Shown in pieces: positions 17,401 through 33,200 of a stretch of DNA of 64,000 nucleotides (its first letter is position 1; each line of letters begins with the position of its first letter). The DNA comes from Eledone cirrhosa (taxonomy: Eukaryota), in contig OZ024756.1 in the NCBI GenBank assembly GCA_964016885.1, forward strand, positions 42,842,001 to 42,906,000, written 5' to 3'. The notes below the pieces were generated by a model. That model was not told the origin of the DNA, searched no databases, and was given only the letters and a program-made list of their open reading frames with translations. Made by a program: the position numbers and the translations under genes.

Positions 17401-20400
17401 AGAGACAGACATTGGACACACACTAGAGACAGACATTGGACACACACTAGAGACAGACATTAGACACACGCTAGAGACAGACATTGGTCACACACACTAG
17501 GGACAGACATTGGACACACACTAGAAACAGACATTGGACACAAACTAGAGACAGACATTGGACACACACTATATACAGACATTGGACACACACCAGAGAC
17601 AGACATTGGACACACACTAGAGACAGACATTGGAGACACACTAGAAAGAGACATTGGACATACACTAGAGACAGACATTGGACACACACTAGAGACAGAC
17701 ATTGGAGACACACTATAGACAGACATTGGACACACACTAGAGACAGACATTGGACACACACTAGAGACAGACATTGGAGACACACTAGAGACAGACATTG
17801 GACACACACTAGAGACAGACATTGGACACACACGAGAGACAGACATTGGACACACACTAGAGATAGACATTGGACACACACCAGAGACAGACATTGGACA
17901 CACACTAGAGACAGACATTGGACACACACTAGAGACAGACATTGGACACACACTAGAGACAGACATTGGACACACACCAGAGACAGACATTGGACACACA
18001 CCAGAGACAGACATTGGACACACACTAGAGACAGACATTGGACACACACTAGAGACAGACATTGGACACACACTAGAGACAGACATTGGACACACACTAG
18101 AAACAGACATTGGACACACACCAGAGACAGACATTGGACACACACCAGAGACAGACATTGGACACACACCAGAGATAGACATTGGACACACACTAGAGAC
18201 AGACATTGGACACACACTAGAGACAGACATTGGACACACACTAGAGACAGACATTGGACACACACCAGAGACAGACATTGGACACACACCAGAGACAGAC
18301 ATTGGACACACACTAGAGACAGACATTGGATACACACTAGAGACAGACATTGGACACACACTAGAGACAGACATTGGACACACACTAGAAACAGACATTG
18401 GACACACACCAGAGACAGACATTGGACACACACCAGAGACAGACATTGGACACACACCAGAGATAGACATTGGACACACACTAGAGACAGACATTGGACA
18501 CACACCAGAGACAGAAATTGGACACACACTAGAGACAGACATTGGACACACACCAGAGACAGACATTGGACACACACCAGAGACAGACATTGGACACACA
18601 CCAGAGACAGACATTGGACACACACCAGAGACAGACATTGGACACACACCAGAGACAGACATTGGACACACACTAGAGACAGACATTGGACACACACTAG
18701 AGACAGACATTGGACACCCACTAGAGACAGACATTGGACACACACTAGAGACAGACATTGGACACACACCAGAGACAGACATTGGACACACACCAGAGAC
18801 AGACATTGGACACACACCAGAGACAGAAATTGGTCACACACTAGAGACAGACATTGGACACACACTAGAGACAGACATTGGACACACACCAGAGACAGAC
18901 ATTGGACACACACTAGAGACAGACATTGGAGACACACCAGAAAGAGACATTGGACATACACTAGAGACAGACATTGGACACACACTAGATACAGACATTG
19001 GACACACACCAGAGACAGACATTGGACACACACTAGAGACAGACATTGGAGACACACTAGAGACAGACATTGGACACACACTATAAACAGACATTGGACA
19101 CACACTAGAGACAGACATTGGACACACACTAGAGACAGACATTGGAGACACACTAGAGACAGACATTGGACACACACTAGAGACAGACATTGGACACACA
19201 CACTAGAGACAGACATTGGACACACACCAGAGACAGACATTGGACACACACTAGAGACAGACATTGGACACACACTAGAGACAGACATTGGACACACACC
19301 AGAGACAGACATTGGACACACACTAGAGACAGACATTGGACTCACACCAGAGACAGACATTGGACACACACCAGAGACAGACATTGGACACACACTAGAG
19401 ACAGACATTGGACACACACCAGAGACAGACATTGGACACACACTAGAGACAGACATTGGACACACACTAGAGACAGACATTGGACACACACTAGAGACAG
19501 ACATTGGACACACACTAGAGACAGACATTGGACACACACCAGAGACAGACATTGGACACACACCAGAGACAGACATTGGACACGCACCAGAGACAGACAT
19601 TGGACACACACTAGAGACAGACATTGGACACACACCAGAGACAGACATTTGACACACACCAGAGACAGACATTGGACACACACTAGAGACAGACATTGGA
19701 CACACACTAGAGACAGACATTAGACACACGCTAGAGACAGACATTGGTCACACACACTAGGGACAGACATTGGAGACACACTAGATACAGACATTGGACA
19801 CAAACTAGAGACAGACATTGGACACACACTAGATACAGACATTGGACACACACCAGAGACAGACATTGGACACACACTAGAGACAGACATTGGAGACACA
19901 CTAGAAAGAGACATTGGACATACACTAGAGACAGACATTGGACACACACTAGATACAGACATTGGACACACACCAGAGACAGACATTGGACACACACTAG
20001 AGACAGACATTGGAGACACACTAGAGTCAGACATTGGACACACACTATAGACAGACATTGGACACACACTAGAGACAGACATTGGACACACACTAGATAC
20101 AGACATTGGACACACACTAGAGACAGACATTGGACACACACTAGAGAAAGACATTGGACACACACTAGAGAAAAACATTTGACACACACAAGAGACAGAC
20201 ATTGGACACACACACTAGAGACAGACATTGGACACACACTAGAGACAGACATTGGACACACACTAGAGACAGACATTGGACACACACACTAGAGACAGAT
20301 ATTAGACACCCACTAGAGACAGACATTGGACACACACACTAGGGACAGACATTGGACACACACTAGAGGCAGACATTGGATACACACTAGAGACAGACAT

Positions 20401-20749
20401 TGGACACACCAGAGACAGACATTGGGCACACACTAGAGACTGACACTGGACACACACTAGAGACAGACATTGGAGACACTAGAGACAGACATTGGACACA
20501 CACACTAGTGACAGTCATTGGACACACACTAGAGACAGACATTGGACACACACTAGAGACAGACATTGGATACACACTAGAGACAGACATTGGACACACT
20601 AGAGACAGACATTGGACACACACACTAGAGACTGACATTGGACACACACTAGAGACAGACATTGGAGACACTAGAGACAGACATTGGACACACACACTAG
20701 TGACAGACATTGGACACACACTAGAGACAGACATTGAACACACAGTAAA

Positions 20750-23700
20750 GACAGACATTGGAGACACACTAGATAGAGACATTGGACATACACTAGAGAC
20801 AGACATTGGACACACATTAGATACAGACGTTGGACACACACCAGAGACAGACATTGGACACACACTAGAGACAGACATTGGAGACACACTAGAGACAGAC
20901 ATTGGACACACACTATAGACAGACATTGGATACACACTAGAGACAGACATTGGACACACACTAGAGACAGACATTGGACACACACTAGAGACAGACATTG
21001 GACACACACTAGAGACAGACATTGGATACACACCAGAGACAGACATTGGACACTCACCAGAGACAGACATTGGACACACACCAGAGACAGAGATTGGACA
21101 CACACTAGAGACAGACATTGGACACACACCAGAGACAGACATTGGACACACACTAGAGACAGACATTGGATACACTAGAGACAGACATTGGACACACTAG
21201 AGACAGACATTGGTCACACACTAGAGACAGACATTGGACACACACTAGAGACAGACATTAGACACACACTAGAGACAGATATTGGACACACACTAGAGAC
21301 AGACATTGGACACACATTAGAGACAGACGTTGGACACACATTAGAGACAGACATTGGACACACACTAGAGACAGACATTGGACACACACTAGAGACAGAC
21401 ATTGGACACAAACTAGAGACAGACATTGGACACACACTAGAGAAAAACATTTGACACACACTAGAGACAGACATTGGACACACACACTAGAGACAGACAT
21501 TGGACACACACTAGAGACAGACATTGGACACACACTAGAGACAGACATTGGACACACACACTAGAGACATATATTAGACACACACTAGCGACAGACATTG
21601 GACACACATATTAGGGACAGACATTTGACACACACTAGAGACAGACATTGGATACACATTAGAGACAGACATTGGACACACTAGAGACAGACATTGGGCA
21701 CACACTAGAGACTGACATTGGACACACACTAGAGACAGACATTGGAGACACTAGAGACAGACATTGGACACACACACTAGTGACAGACATTGGACACACA
21801 CTAGAGACAGACATTGGACACACACTAGAAACAGACATTGGATACACACTAGAGACAGACATTGGACACACTAGAGACAGACATTGGGCACACACTAGAG
21901 ACTGACATTGGACACACACTAGAGACAGACATTGGAGACATTAGAGACAGACATTGGACACACACACTAGTGACAGACATTGGACACACACTAGAGACAG
22001 ACATTGAACACACAGTAAAGACAGACATTGAACACACACTAGAGACAGACATTGGACACACTAGAGACAGACATTGGACACACACTAGAGACAGACATTG
22101 GACACACACTAGAGACAGATATTGGACACACATTAGAGACAGAGATTAGACACACACTAGAGGCAGACATTGGATACACACTAGAGACAGACATTGGACA
22201 CACACTAGTGACAGACATTGGACACACACCAGAGTCAGATATTGGACACACACACTAGAGAAAGACATTGGACACACACTAGAGACAGACATTAGACACA
22301 CACCAGAGACAGACATTGGACACACACTAGAGACAGACATTGGACACACACCAGAGACAGACATTTGACACCCCACTAGAGACAGACATTGGACACATAC
22401 TAGAGACAGACATTGGACACACACTAGAGACAGACATTGGACACACACACTAGAGACAGACATTGGACACACACTAGAGACAGACATTGGACACACACTA
22501 GAGACAGACATTGGACACACACACTAGAGACAGACATTAGACACACACTAGAGACAGACATTGGACACACACACTAGGGACAGACATTGGAGACACACTA
22601 GATACAGACATTGGACACACACTAGAGACAGACATTGGACACACACTAGAGACAGACATTGGACACACACCAGAGACAGACATTGGACACACACTAGAAA
22701 CAGACATTGGAGACACACTAGAGACAGACATTGGACACACACTAGAGACAGACATTGGACACACACTAGAGACAGACATTGGACACACACTAGAGACAGA
22801 CATTGGACACACACTAGAAACAGACATTGGAGACACACTAGAGACAGACATTGGACACACACTAGAGACAGACATTGGACACACACTAGAGACAGACATT
22901 GGACACACTAGAGACAGACATTGGACACACTAGAGACAGACATTGGTCACACACTAGAGAGAGACATTGGACACACACTAGAGACAGACATTAGACACAC
23001 ACTAGAGACAGACATTGGACACACACTAGAGACAGACATTGGACACACACTAGAGACAGACATTGGACACACATTAGAGACAGACGTTGGACACACATTA
23101 GAGAGAGACATTGGACACACACCAGAGACAGACATTGGACACACACTAGAGACAGACATTGGACACACACTAGAGACAGACATTGGACACACACCAGAGA
23201 CAGACATTGGACACACACCAGAGACAGACATTGGACACACACTAGAGACAGACATTAGACACACACTAGAGACAGACATTGGACACACACCAGAGACAGA
23301 CATTGGACACACACTAGAAACAGACATTGGACACACACTAGAGACAGACATTGAACACACACCAGAGACAGACATTGGACACAAACCATTGACAGACATT
23401 GGACACACACTAGAGACAGACATTGGACACACACTAGAGACAGACATTGGACACACACCAAAGACAGACATTGGACACACACAAGAGACAGACATTGGAC
23501 ACACACTAGAGACAGACATTGGACACACACTAGAGACAGACATTGGACACACTAGAGACAGACATTGGACACACACTAGAGAAAGACATTGGAGACACAC
23601 TAGAGACAGACATTGGACACACACTATAGACAGACATTGGACACACACTAGAGACAGACATTGGACACACACTAGAGACAGACATTGGATACACACTAGA

Positions 23701-26700
23701 GACAGACATTGGACACACACTAGAGACAGACATTGGACACACACTAGAGACAGACATTGGACACACACACTAGGGACAGACATTGGACACACACTAGAGA
23801 CAGACATTGGATACACACTAGTGACAGACATTGGACACACTAGAGACAGACATTGGGCACACACTAGAGACTGACACTGGACACACACTAGAGACAGACA
23901 TTGGAGACACTAGAGACAGACATTGGACACACACACTAGTGACAGACATTGGACACACACTAGAGACAGACATTGGACACACACTAGAGACAGACACTGG
24001 ATACACACTAGAGACAGACATTGGACACACTAGAGACAGACATTGGGCACACACTAGAGACTGACATTGGACACACACTAGAGACAGACATTGGAGACAC
24101 TAGAGACAGACATTGGACACACACACTAGTGACAGACATTGGACACACACTAGAGACAGACATTGAACACACAGTAAAGACAGACATTGGACACACACTA
24201 GAGACAGACATTGGAAACACTAGAGACAGACATTGGACACACACTAGAGACAGACATTGGACACACACTAGAGACAGACATTGGACACACACTAGAGACG
24301 GACATTGGAGACACACTAGAGAAAGACATTGGACACACACCAGAGTCAGATATTGGACACACACACTAGAGAAAGACATTGGATACACAATAGAGACAGA
24401 CATTAGACACACACCAGTGACAGACATTGGACACACACTAGAGACAGACATTGGACACATACTAGAGACAGACATTGGACACACACTAGAGACAGACATT
24501 GGACACACACACTAGAGACAGACATTGGGCACACACTAGAGACAGACATTGGACACACACCAGAGATAGACATTGGACACACACTAGAAACAGACATTGG
24601 AGACACACTAGAGACAGACATTGGACACACACTAGAGACAGACATTGGACACACAATAGAGACAGACATTGGACACACACTAGAGACAGACATTGGACAC
24701 ACACTAGAAACAGACATTGGAGTCACACTAGAGACAGACATTGGACACACACTAGAGACAGACATTGGACACACACTAGAGACAGACATTGGACACACTA
24801 GAGACAGACATTGGACACACTAGAGACAGACATTGGTCACACACTAGAGACAGACATTGGACACACACTAGAGACAGACATTAGACACACACTAGAGACA
24901 GACATTGGACACACACTAGAGACAGACATTGGACACACACTAGAGACACACATTGGACACACATTAGAGACAGACGTTGGACACACATTAGAGACAGACA
25001 TTGGACACACTAGAGACAGACATTGGACACACTAGTGACAGACATTGGACACACACCAGAGACAGACATTGGACACACACTAGAGACAGACATTGGACAC
25101 ACACCAGAGACAGACATTGGACACACACTAGAGACAGACATTAGACACATACTAGAGACAGACATTGGACACACACCAGAGACAGACATTGGACACACAC
25201 TAGAGACAGACATTGGACACACACTAGAGACAGACATTGGACACACACCAGAGACAGACATTGGACACAAACCAGAGACAGACATTGGACACACACTAGA
25301 GACAGACATTGGACACACACTAGAGACAGACATTGGACACACACCAAAGACAGACATTGGACACACACAAGAGACAGACATTGGACACACACTAGAGACA
25401 GACATTGGACACACACTAGAGACAGACATTGGACACACTAGAGACAGACATTGGATACACACTAGAGAAAAACATTTGACACACACTAGAGACAGACATT
25501 GGACACACACACTAGAGACAGACATTGGACACACACTAGAGACAGACGTTGGACACACACACTAGAGACAGACATTCGACACACACAAGAGACAGACATT
25601 GTACACACTAGAGACAGACATTTGACACACACTAGAGACAGACGTTGGACACACACACTAGAGACAGACATTGGACACACACTAGAGACAGTCATTGGAC
25701 ACACTAGAGACAGACATTGGACACACACACTAGAGACAGACATTAGACACACACTAGAGACAGACATTAGACACACACTAGGGACAGACATTGGAGACAC
25801 ACTAGATAGAGACATTGGACATACACTAGAGACAGACATTGGACACACATTAGATACAGACATTGGACACACACCAGAGACAGACATTGGACACACACTA
25901 GAGACAGACATTGGAGACACACTAGAGACAGACATTGGACACACACTATAGACAGACATTGGACACACACAAGAGACAGACATTGGACACACACTAGAGA
26001 CAGACATTGGACACACACTAGAGACAGACATTGGACACACACTAGAGACAGACATTGGATACACACCAGAGACAGACATTGGACACACACTAGAGACAGA
26101 GATTGGACACACACTAGAGACAGACATTGGACACACACCAGAGACAGACATTGGACACACACTAGAGACAGACATTGGATACACTAGAGACAGATATTGG
26201 ACACACTAGAGACAGACATTGGTCACACACTAGAGACAGACATTGGACACACACTAGAGACAGACATTAGACACACACTAGAGACAGACATTGGACACAC
26301 ACTAGAGACAGACATTGGACACACACTAGAGACAGACATTGGACAGACATTAGAGACAGACGTTGGACACACATTAGAGACAGACATTGGACACACACTA
26401 GAGACAGACATTGGACACACACTAGAGACAGACATTGGACACAAACTAGAGACAGACATTGGACACACACTAGAGAAAAACATTTGACACACACACTAGA
26501 GACAGACATTGGACACACACTAGAGACAGACATTGGACACACACTAGAGACAGACATTGGACACACACACTAGAGACATATATTAGACACACACTAGCGA
26601 CAGACATTGGACACACATATTAGGGACAGACATTTGACACACACTAGAGACAGACATTGGATACACATTAGAGACAGACATTGGACACACTAGAGACAGA

Positions 26701-29700
26701 CATTGGGCACACACTAGAGACTGACATTGGACACACACTAGAGACAGACATTGGAGACACTAGAGACAGACATTGGACACACACACTAGTGACAGACATT
26801 GGACACACACTAGAGACAGACATTGGACACACACTAGAAACAGACATTGGATACACACTAGAGACAGACATTGGACACACTAGAGACAGACATTGGGCAC
26901 ACACTAGAGACTGACATTGGACACACACTAGAGACAGACATTGGAGACATTAGAGACAGACATTGGACACACACACTAGTGACAGACATTGGACACACAC
27001 TAGAGACAGACATTGAACACACAGTAAAGACAGACATTGGACACACACTAGAGACAGACATTGGACACACTAGAGACAGACATTGGACACACACTAGAGA
27101 CAGACATTGGACACACACTAGAGACAGATATTGGACACACATTAGAGACAGAGATTAGACACACACTAGAGGCAGACATTGGATACACACTAGAGACAGA
27201 CATTGGACACACACTAGTGACAGACATTGGACACACACCAGAGTCAGATATTGGACACACACACTAGAGAAAGACATTGGACACACACTAGAGACAGACA
27301 TTAGACACACACCAGAGACAGACATTGGACACACACTAGAGACAGACATTGGACACACACCAGAGACAGACATTTGACACCCCACTAGAGACAGACATTG
27401 GACACATACTAGAGACAGACATTGGACACACACTAGAGACAGACATTGGACACACACACTAGAGACAGACATTGGACACACACTAGAGACAGACATTGGA
27501 CACACACTAGAGACAGACATTGGACACACACACTAGAGACAGACATTAGACACACACTAGAGACAGACATTGGACACACACACTAGGGACAGACATTGGA
27601 GACACACTAGATACAGACATTGGACACACACTAGAGACAGACATTGGACACACACTAGAGACAGACATTGGACACACACCAGAGACAGACATTGGACACA
27701 CACTAGAAACAGACATTGGAGACACACTAGAGACAGACATTGGACACACACTAGAGACAGACATTGGACACACACTAGAGACAGACATTGGACACACACT
27801 AGAGACAGACATTGGACACACACTAGAAACAGACATTGGAGACACACTAGAGACAGACATTGGACACACACTAGAGACAGACATTGGACACACACTAGAG
27901 ACAGACATTGGACACACTACAGACAGACATTGGACACACTAGAGACAGACATTGGTCACACACTAGAGAGAGACATTGGACACACACTAGAGACAGACAT
28001 TAGACACACACTAGAGACAGACATTGGACACACACTAGAGACAGACATTGGACACACACTAGAGACAGACATTGGACACACATTAGAGACAGACGTTGGA
28101 CACACATTAGAGAGAGACATTGGACACACACCAGAGACAGACATTGGACACACACTAGAGACAGACATTGGACACACACTAGAGACAGACATTGGACACA
28201 CACCAGAGACAGACATTGGACACACACCAGAGACAGACATTGGACACACACTAGAGACAGACATTAGACACACACTAGAGACAGACATTGGACACACACC
28301 AGAGACAGACATTGGACACACACTAGAAACAGACATTGGACACACACTAGAGACAGACATTGAACACACACCAGAGACAGACATTGGACACAAACCATTG
28401 ACAGACATTGGACACACACTAGAGACAGACATTGGACACACACTAGAGACAGACATTGGACACACACCAAAGACAGACATTGGACACACACAAGAGACAG
28501 ACATTGGACACACACTAGAGACAGACATTGGACACACACTAGAGACAGACATTGGACACACTAGAGACAGACATTGGACACACACTAGAGAAAGACATTG
28601 GAGACACACTAGAGACAGACATTGGACACACACTATAGACAGACATTGGACACACACTAGAGACAGACATTGGACACACACTAGAGACAGACATTGGATA
28701 CACACTAGAGACAGACATTGGACACACACTAGAGACAGACATTGGACACACACGAGAGACAGACATTGGACACACACCAGAGACAGACATTGGACACACA
28801 CTAGATACAGACATTGGACACACACTAGAGATAGACATTGGACACACACTAGAGACAGACATTGGACACACACTAGAGAAAAACATTTGACACACACTAG
28901 AGACAGACATTGGGCACACACACTAGAGACAGACATTGGACACACACTAGAGACAGACATTGGACACACACTAGAGACAGACATTGGACACACACACTAG
29001 GGACAGACATTGGACACACACTAGAGACAGACATTGGATACACACTAGTGACAGACATTGGACACACTAGAGACAGACATTGGGCACACACTAGAGACTG
29101 ACACTGGACACACACTAGAGACAGACATTGGAGACACTAGAGACAGACATTGGACACACACACTAGTGACAGACATTGGACACACACTAGAGACAGACAT
29201 TGGACACACACTAGAGACAGACACTGGATACACACTAGAGACAGACATTGGACACACTAGAGACAGACATTGGGCACACACTAGAGACTGACATTGGACA
29301 CACACTAGAGACAGACATTGGAGACACTAGAGACAGACATTGGACACACACACTAGTGACAGACATTGGACACACACTAGAGACAGACATTGAACACACA
29401 GTAAAGACAGACATTGGACACACACTAGAGACAGACATTGGAAACACTAGAGACAGACATTGGACACACACTAGAGACAGACATTGGACACACACTAGAG
29501 ACAGACATTGGACACACACTAGAGACGGACATTGGAGACACACTAGAGAAAGACATTGGACACACACCAGAGTCAGATATTGGACACACACACTAGAGAA
29601 AGACATTGGATACACAATAGAGACAGACATTAGACACACACCAGTGACAGACATTGGACACACACTAGAGACAGACATTGGACACATACTAGAGACAGAC

Positions 29701-32700
29701 ATTGGACACACACTAGAGACAGACATTGGACACACACACTAGAGACAGACATTGGGCACACACTAGAGACAGACATTGGACACACACCAGAGATAGACAT
29801 TGGACACACACTAGAAACAGACATTGGAGACACACTAGAGACAGACATTGGACACACACTAGAGACAGACATTGGACACACAATAGAGACAGACATTGGA
29901 CACACACTAGAGACAGACATTGGACACACACTAGAAACAGACATTGGAGTCACACTAGAGACAGACATTGGACACACACTAGAGACAGACATTGGACACA
30001 CACTAGAGACAGACATTGGACACACTAGAGACAGACATTGGACACACTAGAGACAGACATTGGTCACACACTAGAGACAGACATTGGACACACACTAGAG
30101 ACAGACATTAGACACACACTAGAGACAGACATTGGACACACACTAGAGACAGACTATGGACACACACTAGAGACACACATTGGACACACATTAGAGACAG
30201 ACGTTGGACACACATTAGAGACAGACATTGGACACACTAGAGACAGACATTGGACACACTAGTGACAGACATTGGACACACACCAGAGACAGACATTGGA
30301 CACACACTAGAGACAGACATTGGACACACACCAGAGACAGACATTGGACACACACTAGAGACAGACATTAGACACACACTAGAGACAGACATTGGACACA
30401 CACCAGAGACAGACATTGGACACACACTAGAGACAGACATTGGACACACACTAGAGACAGACATTGGACACACACCAGAGACAGACATTGGACACAAACC
30501 AGAGACAGACATTGGACACACACTAGAGACAGACATTGGACACACACTAGAGACAGACATTGGACACACACCAAAGACAGACATTGGACACACACAAGAG
30601 ACAGACATTGGACACACACTAGAGACAGACATTGGACACACACTAGAGACAGACATTGGACACACTAGAGACAGACATTGGATACACACTAGAGAAAAAC
30701 ATTTGACACACACTAGAGACAGACATTGGACACACACACTAGAGACAGACATTGGACACACACTAGAGACAGACGTTGGACACACACACTAGAGACAGAC
30801 ATTCGACACACACAAGAGACAGACATTGTACACACTAGAGACAGACATTTGACACACACTAGAGACAGACGTTGGACACACACACTAGAGACAGACATTG
30901 GACACACACTAGAGACAGTCATTGGACACACTAGAGACAGACATTGGACACACACACTAGAGACAGACATTGGAGACACACTAGATAGTGACATTGGACA
31001 TACACTAGAGACAGACATTGGACACACATTAGATACAGACATTGGACACACACCAGAGACAGACATTGGACACACACTAGAGACAGACATTGGAGACACA
31101 CTAGAGACAGACATTGGACACACACTATAGACAGACATTGGACACACACAAGAGACAGACATTGGACACACACTAGAGACAGACATTGGACACACACTAG
31201 AGACAGACATTGGACACACACTAGAGACAGACATTGGATACACACCAGAGACAGACATTGGACACACACTAGAGACAGAGATTGGACACACACTAGAGAC
31301 AGACATTGGACACACACCAGAGACAGACATTGGACACACACTAGAGACAGACATTGGATACACTAGAGACAGATATTGGACACACTAGAGACAGACATTG
31401 GTCACACACTAGAGACAGACATTGGACACACACTAGAGACAGACATTAGACACACACTAGAGACAGACATTGGACACACACTAGAGACAGACATTGGACA
31501 CACACTAGAGACAGACATTGGACAGACATTAGAGACAGACGTTGGACACACATTAGAGACAGACATTGGACACACACTAGAGACAGACATTGGACACACA
31601 CTAGAGACAGACATTGGACACAAACTAGAGACAGACATTGGACACACACTAGAGAAAAACATTTGACACACACTAGAGACAGACATTGGACACACACACT
31701 AGAGACAGACATTGGACACACACTAGAGACAGACATTGGACACACACTAAAGACAGACATTGGACACACACACTAGAGACATATATTAGACACACACTAG
31801 CGACAGACATTGGACACACATATTAGGGACAGACATTTGACACACACTAGAGACAGACATTGGATACACATTAGAGACAGACATTGGACACACTAGAGAC
31901 AGACATTGGGCACACACTAGAGACTGACATTGGACACACACTAGAGACAGACATTGGAGACACTAGAGACAGACATTGGACACACACACTAGTGACATAC
32001 ATTGGACACACACTAGAGACAGACATTGGACACACACTAGAGACAGACATTGGATACACACTAGAGACAGACATTGGACACACTAGAGACAGACATTGGG
32101 CACACACTAGAGACTGACATTGGACACACACTAGAGACAGACATTGGAGACATTAGAGACAGACATTGGACACACACACTAGTGACAGACATTGGACACA
32201 CACTAGAGACAGACATTGAACACACAGTAAAGACAGACATTGGACACACACTAGAGACAGACATTGGACACACTAGAGACAGACATTGGACACACACTAG
32301 AGACAGACATTGGACACACACTAGAGACAGATATTGGACACACATTAGAGACAGAGATTAGACACACACTAGAGACAGACATTGGACACACACTAGAGAC
32401 AGACATTGGACACACACTAGTGACAGACATTGGACACACACCAGAGTCAGATATTGGACACACACACTAGAGAAAGACATTGGACACACACTAGAGACAG
32501 ACATTAGACACAGACCAGAGACAGACATTGGACACACACTAGAGACAGACATTGGACACACCAGAGACAGACATTTGACACACACTAGAGACAGACATTG
32601 GACACATACTAGAGACAGACATTGGACACACACTAGAGACAGACATTGGACACACACACTAGAGACAGACATTGGACACACACTAGAGACAGACATTGGA

Positions 32701-33200
32701 CACACACTAGAGACAGACATTGGACACACACACTAGAGACAGACATTAGACACACACTAGAGACAGACATTGGACACACACACTAGGGACAGACATTGGA
32801 GACACACTAGATACAGACATTGGACACACACTAGAGACAGACATTGGACACACACTAGAGACAGACATTGGACACACACCAGAGACAGACATTGGACACA
32901 CACTAGAAACAGACATTGGAGACACACTAGAGACAGACATTGGACACACACTAGAGACAGACATTGGACACACACTAGAGACAGACATTGGACACACACT
33001 AGAGACAGACATTGGACACACACTAGAAACAGACATTGGAGACACTCTAGAGACAGACATTGGACACACACTAGAGACAGACATTGGACACACACTAGAG
33101 ACAGACATTGGACACACTAGAGACAGACATTGGACACACTAGAGACAGACATTGGTCACACACTAGAGACAGACATTGGACACACACTAGAGACAGACAT
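20750..33200 (+). repeat. ~5.0-5.2-kb higher-order unit, two full copies plus a partial third
   Basis: Offsets are +5009 (21188/26197, 21659/26668, 22537/27546), +5227 (23818/29045, 24811/30038, 25486/30713) and +5179 (26197/31376). The rare 25-bp monomer TTTGACACCCCACTAG is shared at 22371 and 27380. Confidence 0.88.

Larger units (their letters stand above)
1..20300 (+). repeat. Left subfamily domain (CCAG-rich, long pure 24-bp runs)
   Basis: Variants seen only here: GACAAACACCAGAGACAAAC (~345, 2067, 4607, 7645, 9432, 11107, 12393, 14141, 16557), CCATAGTC (~1347, 3816, 6820, 8751, 11712) and AAGGGACAGTC (~1668, 4208, 7246, 9177, 12138). CTAG>CCAG frequency is high. Confidence 0.85.
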
